NCBI GenBank assembly: GCA_903867985.1
Contig: CAIPTO010000072.1
Coordinates: 3,590-67,589, forward strand
DNA: 64,000 nt
Reading direction: 5' to 3'
Source of the DNA: an uncultured Elusimicrobia bacterium
GTDB taxonomy: Bacteria; Elusimicrobiota; Elusimicrobia; Elusimicrobiales; UBA9959
This document shows, piece after piece, positions 18,536 to 25,936 of this stretch (positions are counted from its first letter, which is position 1; each line of letters starts with the position of its first letter). Both the position numbers and the translations under genes were made by a program. The notes below the pieces were generated by a model. That model saw only the letters and a program-made list of their open reading frames with translations. It was not told the DNA's origin and searched no databases.

Positions 18536-18935
18536 CTCCCGACTTTTTTACCTCTTCAGCCCCTTCCGGGAAACACGTTACCGTTTTCCCCGTCAAAAGT
18601 CCGGCGTGCGCCAGCACTACGGGTGAAATGCAGATAGCCCCTATAAGCTTACCCTGAAGCGACGCCCGCTGAAAAATCTTATGGACCTTCTCATTGTCAA
18701 GGTACTCCAGAGCTCCGGGCCCGCCCACCAGGGTCAACGCGTCATATTCGGCGGGGTTCACTTCGTCAATGGTATAGTCCACCTGCGCCGTGACGCGGAA
18801 CTTCCCCCGCGCCGAACCTCTGGCGGTTGAAACCGTGTCCACTTTGATACCGGCAGCCTCAAGGGCTTTTTTGGGTTCGGTATATTCCTCATCCCTAAAC
18901 CCCTGAAAAGCTATAAACATCGCTGCTTTTTTCAT
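18429..18935 (-). CDS. DJ-1/PfpI family protein
   Basis: 168 aa. DALTLVGGPGA and the nucleophile-elbow AICISPVVLAHAG are typical of the DJ-1/PfpI family. Confidence 0.85.
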   Translation of the reverse strand: MKKAAMFIAFQGFRDEEYTEPKKALEAAGIKVDTVSTARGSARGKFRVTAQVDYTIDEVNPAEYDALTLVGGPGALEYLDNEKVHKIFQRASLQGKLIGAICISPVVLAHAGLLTGKTVTCFPEGAEEVKKSGANYTGKDVEVDGKLVTASGPIPAKKYGLALAELLK

Positions 18936-19039
18936 ATTGCCTCCAATTTGCGGATACCGGCAAAAAGGTACCCGCTGCCTTTTTCCCCTTACTATAACCG
19001 ACTTTAATAGGAGTATAATATTTATTTATGCCGGTATTC

Positions 19040-19068
19040 TTGCCGAAGCGTTCTTATTTTGTTAAATT
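19040..19068 (+). promoter_or_regulatory. Candidate sigma70-type promoter for the gcv operon
   Basis: TTGCCG, a 17-nt spacer, then TAAATT, about 58 nt upstream of the gcvT ATG. Based on sequence match only. Confidence 0.3.
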
Positions 19069-19125
19069 CTATAAAAGGACTTCCGCATTAAAGTTGCTCC
19101 ATAAACGAAAGCCTTCGGAGAAAAC

Positions 19126-20244
19126 ATGACTACCGCTGATACCGTAAGAAAAACAGTTTTAAACGAGACCATGAGCAAGGCCGGGGGCAAAATGGTGGAT
19201 TTCCACGGCTGGGAACTGCCCATACAGTTTGAGGGAATATTGAAGGAACACGCCGCCGTCAGAAACTCCGCCGGCATCTTTGATGTTTCCCACATGGGGC
19301 AGGTATTCGTCACCGGCCCCGACAGCTTTAAACTCCTGCAAAAGACCAATGCCAACGATCTGCGCAAGGCCACTGTCGGAAAGGGCGTATATTCCCACCT
19401 GCTGAACGAGAATGGCGGCCTGGTGGACGATATTATAGCTTTCTGCCTGTCGCTCAGCCGCTACCTGGTGATAGTCAACGCCACCACCAGCACTAAAGAT
19501 TTTAAATGGCTCTGCGCAAAAGCCGCCAAAATGAATGTCAAGGTCGAGAACAAGAGCGATGATTACTCCATGGTGGCGGTGCAGGGCCCGAATGTCCCTA
19601 AAATGATGGAGATATTTGCTCCGGAAGCCGTAAAATTGCCGCGCTTCGGCATAGTTGAGAAGAAAGTTTTCGGCGCAGACTGTTTCATAAGCCGCACCGG
19701 CTACACCGGAGAGGATGGCTTTGAGATTACCGCGCCGCATGCCGTGATAATAAATATCTGGGACAAAATGATGGAGCTTGGCAAACCTTATGGCATAGTC
19801 CCTTGCGGCCTGGGCGCGCGCGACACGCTACGCCTTGAATCCGGCTATCTCCTTTACGGGCAGGATGTAGACGACGACCACACCACATACGAGTCCAATT
19901 ACGGCTGGGTGGTAGCCATGGATAAGGGCGACTTTACGGCTAAAGACATCCTGCTAAAGCAAAAAGCTGAAGGCCTGAAACGCAAGTTGACGGGACTCAT
20001 TCTCACCGCAGGCGGCGTGCCCAGACCGGGCTGCAAAGTTTTCAAGGACGGGAAGGAACTGGGCCAGCTGGCCAGCGCCACTTATTCCCCCACGCTCAAA
20101 AAGGGTATAGGCGTGGGGTACATGTCCGACCCTAACCTCAAACCCGGGGAACCTCTGGAAGTGGAGATCCACGGAAAGCGCGTCCCGGCGACTGCGGCAA
20201 AAGTCCCCTTCCACAAGGGCACGGCTTTTACTTTCAAACTGTAA
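19126..20244 (+). CDS. gcvT: Glycine cleavage system T protein (aminomethyltransferase)
   Basis: GWELPIQF, AVRNSAGIFDVSHMG, RTGYTGEDGFEI and ARDTLRLE motifs. GGAGA SD. Confidence 0.95.
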   Translation: MTTADTVRKTVLNETMSKAGGKMVDFHGWELPIQFEGILKEHAAVRNSAGIFDVSHMGQVFVTGPDSFKLLQKTNANDLRKATVGKGVYSHLLNENGGLVDDIIAFCLSLSRYLVIVNATTSTKDFKWLCAKAAKMNVKVENKSDDYSMVAVQGPNVPKMMEIFAPEAVKLPRFGIVEKKVFGADCFISRTGYTGEDGFEITAPHAVIINIWDKMMELGKPYGIVPCGLGARDTLRLESGYLLYGQDVDDDHTTYESNYGWVVAMDKGDFTAKDILLKQKAEGLKRKLTGLILTAGGVPRPGCKVFKDGKELGQLASATYSPTLKKGIGVGYMSDPNLKPGEPLEVEIHGKRVPATAAKVPFHKGTAFTFKL

Positions 20245-20297
20245 CGCGACAGACGAGATTCAGTTTTAATTCAACCAGCAGAGGAGACAATAAAAAT

Positions 20298-20687
20298 ATG
20301 CCTAAACAAGAAGAAGCAAAGTATACAAAAACGCATGAATGGATTTTGGTACAGGGGCGGGAGGCCACCGTGGGGCTGTCCGACCACGCCCAGCACGAGA
20401 TGGGTGACATAGTGTTCGTGGAACTGCCCAAATCCGCGCAGAATGTTGAAAAGGAAAAACCCTGCGCCGTAGTAGAATCAGTCAAGTCCGCCTTTGACAT
20501 CTACGCCCCCGTTTCCGGCCAAATCTCGGTCTTGAACGACGAGGTAACCAAGGACCCCGCCCTGATAAACCAGTCCCCCATGGACAAGGCGTGGCTTTTC
20601 AAAATACAACTTTCTGACACCGATCAGGTCAAAGACCTGATGGACTGGACCGCCTACCAGGAATTCATAAAGCAGGCAGCACATTAG
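20298..20687 (+). CDS. gcvH: Glycine cleavage system H protein (lipoyl carrier)
   Basis: YTKTHEW, and a lipoyl-lysine context VESVKSAFDIYAPVSG; 129 aa. Confidence 0.95.
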   Translation: MPKQEEAKYTKTHEWILVQGREATVGLSDHAQHEMGDIVFVELPKSAQNVEKEKPCAVVESVKSAFDIYAPVSGQISVLNDEVTKDPALINQSPMDKAWLFKIQLSDTDQVKDLMDWTAYQEFIKQAAH

Positions 20688-20710
20688 GAACAGCGCGAAA
20701 GCGCTGTTCC
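20687..20710 (+). other. Stable 10-bp GNRA-capped stem-loop overlapping the last base of the gcvH stop codon (no U-tract)
   Basis: ggaacagcgc-gaaa-gcgctgttcc is a perfect palindrome. It is followed by cgccatac rather than a T-run, so it is not a canonical intrinsic terminator. Confidence 0.6.
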
Positions 20711-20863
20711 CGCCATACGCGGAAAGCACATTCTACGCCTTAACTTTTATCCTGTTATACCGCGCATCATTAAAGGCTCTTTTACGACTTAAATTTGAAG
20801 CTTCTGCGCATAGCCATGGCCTATAGCTTATAGCAATAACCACACTAACCACAGGACCAAATC

Positions 20864-22201
20864 ATGTTCATCGCCAACACTCAAAAAGACCGCGAGGAGA
20901 TGCTACGCACCATCGGCGTGTCCTCTATTAAAGACCTCTTGAAACAGGTGCCCGAAAAATTCCTTTACCCCGCCTTTAATCTGCCGGAAACCTCTCTGGA
21001 CGAGCAGCAGACCGCGCGGCGCATGAAAACTCTCGCCGCTGCCAACACGCCGCACCTGAGTTTTCTGGGCGCCGGCGCCTATGAACGCTACATCCCCGCG
21101 GCAGTAAAGTCACTTATTTCAAGGGGCGAATATCTTACCGCTTACACGCCATACCAGGCAGAAGCCAGCCAGGGCATACTGCAGACCATATATGAGTATC
21201 AGAGTTCCGTCTGCGCCCTTTACGCCATGGACTGCGCCAACGCTTCAATGTACGACGGAGCCAGCGCGTTCGGCGAGGCCGTGCGCGCGGCGGTTCGCAT
21301 CACCGGCAAAAAAAAAGTGCTCTGCCAGGAAACCCTCAACCCACAGTACCTTACCGCGCTTAAAACCTATTTCGCCAATTCCAGCGATTATCAGTTCATC
21401 ACAATACCCGCCAAGGACGGCTTTATGGATACCGATAAGCTGGCTGCCCTCCTGGGCCCGGACACGGCCTGCGTAGCCTTCCAAACACCTAACTTCTTCG
21501 GCCTTATGGAAGACGCGCCGAAAATCTCGGAGGCGGCACATAAATCCGGCGCGCTTGTGGTGGCAGCGGCGGATCCGGCCAGCCTGGGTCTGTTCATCCC
21601 TCCGGGCGACTACGGGGCTGATTTTGCAGTTGGTGAAGGCCAGAGCCTCGGACTTCCTTTAAGCTACGGCGGCCCTTATCTCGGAATTTTCGCCTGTAAA
21701 AAAGAATATGTGCGCCAGATGCCCGGCCGAATAGCCGGCATGACAAAGGACAAGGACGGCAAGCGCGGCTTCGTGCTTACACTCCAGGCCAGGGAGCAGC
21801 ACATACGTCGTGACAAGGCGGCTTCCAATATATGTTCCAATGAAGCCCTCTGCGCTCTAAGCGCCACCATCTATCTGGCGCTCCTCGGTCCGGAAGGTCT
21901 TAAGGAACTGGCCCGCGCCAACGCCGCAGCCGCGGCTTTCACGGCGGAGAAGCTCTCAGACGTGAAAGGCGCAAAGCTCAAGTTTAAAGGAACATTCTTC
22001 AACGAGTTCGTCCTGGAAATTAAAGGCGACGCCGCGGAACTCAGAGAAAAAGTGCTTAAAAAAGAGCATATAGACATCGGTCTGCCGCTCAAGGACCTTT
22101 ACCCCGCACTCGGTCCCGGCGCGCTGCTGGTATGCGCCACCGAGACCAAGACAGAAGCGGACATACTCAGGCTTGTAAAAGCGCTGGGGGAAAACATATG
22201 A
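20864..22201 (+). CDS. gcvPA: Glycine dehydrogenase (decarboxylating) subunit 1
   Basis: 445 aa with typical N-terminal P-protein subunit motifs (FLGAGAYE, YTPYQAEASQG, LQAREQHIRRDKA). Its stop overlaps the gcvPB start. Confidence 0.93.
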   Translation: MFIANTQKDREEMLRTIGVSSIKDLLKQVPEKFLYPAFNLPETSLDEQQTARRMKTLAAANTPHLSFLGAGAYERYIPAAVKSLISRGEYLTAYTPYQAEASQGILQTIYEYQSSVCALYAMDCANASMYDGASAFGEAVRAAVRITGKKKVLCQETLNPQYLTALKTYFANSSDYQFITIPAKDGFMDTDKLAALLGPDTACVAFQTPNFFGLMEDAPKISEAAHKSGALVVAAADPASLGLFIPPGDYGADFAVGEGQSLGLPLSYGGPYLGIFACKKEYVRQMPGRIAGMTKDKDGKRGFVLTLQAREQHIRRDKAASNICSNEALCALSATIYLALLGPEGLKELARANAAAAAFTAEKLSDVKGAKLKFKGTFFNEFVLEIKGDAAELREKVLKKEHIDIGLPLKDLYPALGPGALLVCATETKTEADILRLVKALGENI

Positions 22202-23649
22202 ACGATATAATGAAACTCGATAATCGCTTAAGCGTTGAAAGATCCGATCCGGGCCGGCGGGCCGTCAGATTCAATAATCTGCTGAAAGCAAAAGAGGCCA
22301 TCCCCGCCGGTCTGGCCAGAAAAGCCCCCCCGAAACTTCCGGAGCTTTCGGAATTAGACGTGGTGCGCCATTACACCGGACTTTCAAAAATTAACTTTTC
22401 CGTAGACACCCACTTTTATCCGCTGGGCTCCTGCACTATGAAGTACAATCCGAAGATCAACGAAGAGGCGGCGGCCCTGGAGGGTTTCGCTAATCTTCAT
22501 CCGCTGGCGCACGACAAGACCTCGCAAGGGACGCTTGAGATGCTCTATGATCTGGAGAAACGCCTTTGCGCCCTGTGCGCGATGGACGCTTTCACTCTCC
22601 AGCCGGCCGCCGGCGCGCATAGCGAGTTTACAGGCCTGCTGATAGCCAAAGCCTACTTCGCCAAGAGAGGCGAGAATCAGCGCGTGGATATAATCTGTCC
22701 CGACTCCGCTCACGGCACCAACCCGGCCACCGCGTCCATGCTGGGGTTTAACACGATAAATATCAAATCCGGTCCCGACGGCCGGGTGGACCCTGCAGAC
22801 CTCAAAGCGCACCTGGGTGACAGGACAGCCGTGCTCATGCTCACCGTGCCCAACACGCTGGGGATCTTTGAATCCCGCATAGAAGAAATAGCTGAAATGG
22901 CTCACAAAGCCGGCGCGCTCGTCTATATGGACGGGGCAAATTTCAACGCTCTCATCGGCATCGTGAAGCCGGGAGATCTCGGCGTAGATATAATGCACAT
23001 CAACGCCCACAAAACCTTTTCCACCCCTCACGGCGGAGGCGGACCCGGAGCCGGCGGCATCGGCGTCAAGCGGCGATTGGAGGAATTTTTGCCGGTGCCC
23101 CGCGTGAAATTGGAGGGCGGAACCTACCGCACCGATTTCTGCTGTCCGGATTCTATCGGCAAAGTAAAGGCTTTCTTCGGCAATGTGGGAGTGCTGACAC
23201 GCGCCTACGCTTATTTGCTGATGCACTCAAAAAAAGAGCTGGCCCAAATAGCGGAAAACGCCATCCTTAACGCCAATTATATGAAGAGCCGCCTTCAGAG
23301 TATTTATCCGGCACACTCAGGCGACTACTGCATGCATGAATGCGTCCTTACCCCTCCTGCGGCGCTGGCGGCCAAGGGACTGAAGACCCTTGATATCGCC
23401 AAGCGGCTGCTGGACTACGGATTTCACGCGCCGACGATCTACTTCCCGCTGATCGTACACGAAGCTATAATGATCGAACCCACCGAGACAGAATCAAGGG
23501 AAACCATGGACTCCTTCGTCGATACCATGCTCAAAATAAACGACGAGGGCGCCGCAGACCCGCAGCTATTGAAAGACGCGCCCCATACCATGCCGGTAAA
23601 ACGACTGGACGAGGTCCAGGCCGCCAGACAGCCAAATTTGAGATGGTAA
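22198..23649 (+). CDS. gcvPB: Glycine dehydrogenase (decarboxylating) subunit 2 (PLP-binding)
   Basis: The ATG at 22198 (MNDIMKLD) overlaps the gcvPA stop (ATGA), so the upstream extension from 22132 is rejected. PLP-lysine context NAHKTFSTPHGGGGPG. Confidence 0.93.
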   Translation: MNDIMKLDNRLSVERSDPGRRAVRFNNLLKAKEAIPAGLARKAPPKLPELSELDVVRHYTGLSKINFSVDTHFYPLGSCTMKYNPKINEEAAALEGFANLHPLAHDKTSQGTLEMLYDLEKRLCALCAMDAFTLQPAAGAHSEFTGLLIAKAYFAKRGENQRVDIICPDSAHGTNPATASMLGFNTINIKSGPDGRVDPADLKAHLGDRTAVLMLTVPNTLGIFESRIEEIAEMAHKAGALVYMDGANFNALIGIVKPGDLGVDIMHINAHKTFSTPHGGGGPGAGGIGVKRRLEEFLPVPRVKLEGGTYRTDFCCPDSIGKVKAFFGNVGVLTRAYAYLLMHSKKELAQIAENAILNANYMKSRLQSIYPAHSGDYCMHECVLTPPAALAAKGLKTLDIAKRLLDYGFHAPTIYFPLIVHEAIMIEPTETESRETMDSFVDTMLKINDEGAADPQLLKDAPHTMPVKRLDEVQAARQPNLRW

Positions 23650-23651
23650 AA

Positions 23652-23734
23652 ACAGGGTACAGGGTAGAGGTTTCAGGGTTTAGGGCAAGAAGCCACTGAA
23701 TTCCCTTACCCTCCACCCTATCCCCTCTACCCTG
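23652..23734. repeat. Inverted pair of five-unit heptamer arrays (CAGGGTN x5, spacer, complement x5) forming a long imperfect hairpin
   Basis: Left arm: acagggt acagggt agaggtt tcagggt ttagggc. Right arm: cccttac cctccac cctatcc cctctac cctg. cagggtagagg and cctctaccctg are exact complements. Confidence 0.75.
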
Positions 23735-23739
23735 ATATT

Positions 23740-24438
23740 ATGACTGAAGGCCTTATAATCGAAACTCATCCTCTCGACGCTTATGAACAGATGGCTGCGG
23801 ATGAAGTCCTTTGCGACGCGCTGCTTTCCCCTTACACTCTGCGCTTTTACAACTGGAGCGGACCGGCAGTAACTTTCGGCTATTCACAGCGCATCTTATC
23901 GGTGCGTTCCGCGGTAGGCCCTGAAAAGATAGCCTGGCCCATGACGCGCCGACCTACCGGCGGAGGGATCGTATTGCATGAAAGCGATCTCACTTTCTCT
24001 TTCGTCTTTCGCCAACCCGGAGTATATTTCGAGCCGGCAAAAACATATGACCGTCTTCACCGCGCGATAACCGGGCGATACGCGGAAGCGGGAGTCAGCT
24101 TTGAGCTGCTTAACGAAAGGACTGCAGACTACAAAACAAACAACCCTGCAATGGACTGCTTTGCTAAGCCGGTCAATCTGGATATTATGTATAATAAGAA
24201 AAAAGTGCTCGGGGGAGCCCTGCGAAAATTTGGCGATTATATGCTTTATCAGGCCTCCTTTCAGGCACCGGACGCAAGAAGCAGCGCCGCTTTTCACAGG
24301 GATATCATCATTAAAGCCCTTGGCATGGAATTCGGCCTTTCATGGCGCGGCGCCGGATTTTCAGAGCGGGAAACGGATAAAGTAAAAGCCCTCGCGCTCA
24401 CAAAGTACGCTTCCAGGGAATGGAACGAAAGAATATAG
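23740..24438 (+). CDS. Lipoate-protein ligase / octanoyltransferase family protein (BPL_LplA_LipB catalytic domain)
   Basis: RRPTGGGIVLHE and the later KVLGGALR lysine motif are typical of LplA/LipM-type enzymes. Its position after gcvPB fits lipoylation of GcvH. Confidence 0.75.
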   Translation: MTEGLIIETHPLDAYEQMAADEVLCDALLSPYTLRFYNWSGPAVTFGYSQRILSVRSAVGPEKIAWPMTRRPTGGGIVLHESDLTFSFVFRQPGVYFEPAKTYDRLHRAITGRYAEAGVSFELLNERTADYKTNNPAMDCFAKPVNLDIMYNKKKVLGGALRKFGDYMLYQASFQAPDARSSAAFHRDIIIKALGMEFGLSWRGAGFSERETDKVKALALTKYASREWNERI

Positions 24439-24531
24439 AAGCAAGCGGCGAGTGAATAGCGGCGAGTTAAAAACAAGTTCCTTTACAATCGCTATCCACT
24501 GAACGAAAATGACTGTCTAAGGAGAAATCTT

Positions 24532-24762
24532 ATGATCGCATTCGTATTATGCAAGCTGGTAGCCGGTCTTGAGCAGAAGGCAGTACAGCAAATAAAGAGC
24601 GTACGCGGCGTAAAAGACGTATACCTGACCTTCGGCGGATGGGACGCCGTCCTTGTAACTGAATCCGACACCATAGACAAGCTCAGCGGCCTGATAGTGC
24701 GCGAAGTCCGCGGCATACACGGAGTACAGACGACCGAAACTCTGGTCACAACCAACTTATAA
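24532..24762 (+). CDS. Stand-alone Lrp/AsnC-type ligand-binding (RAM) domain protein
   Basis: 76 aa, with the pattern GVKDVYLTFGGWDAVLVTE...IRGIHGVQTTETLV typical of AsnC_trans_reg domains. No HTH region. Confidence 0.6.
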   Translation: MIAFVLCKLVAGLEQKAVQQIKSVRGVKDVYLTFGGWDAVLVTESDTIDKLSGLIVREVRGIHGVQTTETLVTTNL

Positions 24763-24804
24763 CAGCGGAAAATATTATCTAATTATCCCCAGAGGTGCCA
24801 CTAA

Positions 24805-25218
24805 ATGGAAAATTCCGGTTTTTCTAATCCTGCCGATAAACTCATACTGATAGCGGACGATGACGAGTCTGTGAGAGAACTCATTGAATGCGTGGTGAAG
24901 AAAGAAGGCTTCAAGGTTGAAAAAGCCGGGGACGGCGAGGAAGCCCTTCAGAAAGCCCGGCAGGTTCATCCAGACCTCATCTTATTGGATCTTATGATGC
25001 CCAAATTCGGCGGGTTTGAGACGCTCCGCGAACTCCAGAGCGATGAAACCACCGGCATCCCCATAATTATTATCACTGGCCGCTACACCGACAGATCAAC
25101 TTCGGAAATGATAAAACAGGAGCCTAACGTGGTAGAATTTATTGAGAAACCCGTAAAGCCCCATGCCTTAGCCGCGGCATTGCATACAGCTCTAAAGACC
25201 CGGCCGATTCAAAAATAA
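24805..25218 (+). CDS. Single-domain response regulator (receiver only)
   Basis: LIADDDESVRE, phospho-acceptor context LILLDLMMPKFGG, and conserved T and K positions (IIIITG, EFIEKP). Confidence 0.9.
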   Translation: MENSGFSNPADKLILIADDDESVRELIECVVKKEGFKVEKAGDGEEALQKARQVHPDLILLDLMMPKFGGFETLRELQSDETTGIPIIIITGRYTDRSTSEMIKQEPNVVEFIEKPVKPHALAAALHTALKTRPIQK

Positions 25219-25243
25219 TATACCATCTGACAGGATTGCCATC

Positions 25244-25936
25244 TTGAGTAAGGTAATGCTCGCCCTGATGATTTCCCCGCTGACCGCAGCCGCGGCCTTT
25301 GCCACGGCCGCTCTGGCGTACTCCGCCCTGGCGCGCCTTCAGGCAGCCTTCCCTCTTCTACTGGGGGCGGCCCTTTACTGTCCTCTTCACTTCTATCTGC
25401 CCCGCAATCGATTTTTTTATGTCCTGGCCCACGAATTAAGCCACGCTCTCGCGGCTTTGGCCAGCGGTGTTAAAGTGAGGAAGATAAATATTGGCAGGAA
25501 TGCCGGCTTTGTGACATTGAACGCCACCAATGCGTTCATCTCCCTGGCGCCATATTTCATCCCTTTCTACGCGCTCGCGGCAGGTTTAACATACTGGGTG
25601 GCAGCCTATTTTTGCGATATGTCTCCCTACAGATCTTTTTTTATCGGCGCCACCGGTTTTTTTCTGGCTTTCCATCTGCTGAACACAGGCGACATTCTGA
25701 CCGGGCCCGTGCAGAGCGACCTGAAAAAGGCCGGGGGAGTTTTTTTTTCTGTCTCCATAGTGCTGCTGTTCAACAGCCTGTGCCTGGCCCTGGCGCTAAA
25801 AATGATATTTCCGGACCTCGTCTCGCTTAAGAGTTACGCAGCCGGAATTTATAGTGTGACCGGGATTATAGCCGGCTGGCTGTTCGCGGCCGCTTCTTAC
25901 CTCTTCAATACTGCTAAAATATATCTGCGTTCATGA
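25244..25936 (+). CDS. Polytopic membrane protein with an HExxH motif (M50B-like putative metalloprotease)
   Basis: HELSHALAA lies within about six hydrophobic helices. The start is uncertain (TTG at 25244 or ATG at 25256). The stop overlaps the next gene's start (ATGA). Confidence 0.5.
   Translation: MSKVMLALMISPLTAAAAFATAALAYSALARLQAAFPLLLGAALYCPLHFYLPRNRFFYVLAHELSHALAALASGVKVRKINIGRNAGFVTLNATNAFISLAPYFIPFYALAAGLTYWVAAYFCDMSPYRSFFIGATGFFLAFHLLNTGDILTGPVQSDLKKAGGVFFSVSIVLLFNSLCLALALKMIFPDLVSLKSYAAGIYSVTGIIAGWLFAAASYLFNTAKIYLRS

Noticed and set aside
18936-19125. Glycine riboswitch upstream of gcvT
   Set aside because: I looked for the conserved aptamer cores and found none by eye. This is recorded as absent pending a covariance-model search.
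22384-23226. 280-aa ORF antisense to gcvPB. Similar long antisense ORFs occur at 52367-53191 and 52774-53637 (versus the DPD-like gene), 11281-11967, 29197-29841, 57814-58617 and 54566-55186.
   Set aside because: Each lies fully within a gene with strong family motifs on the opposite strand. Their translations are Arg/Gly/Ala-rich and low-complexity, with no recognisable motifs. These are typical shadow ORFs of moderately GC-rich coding DNA.
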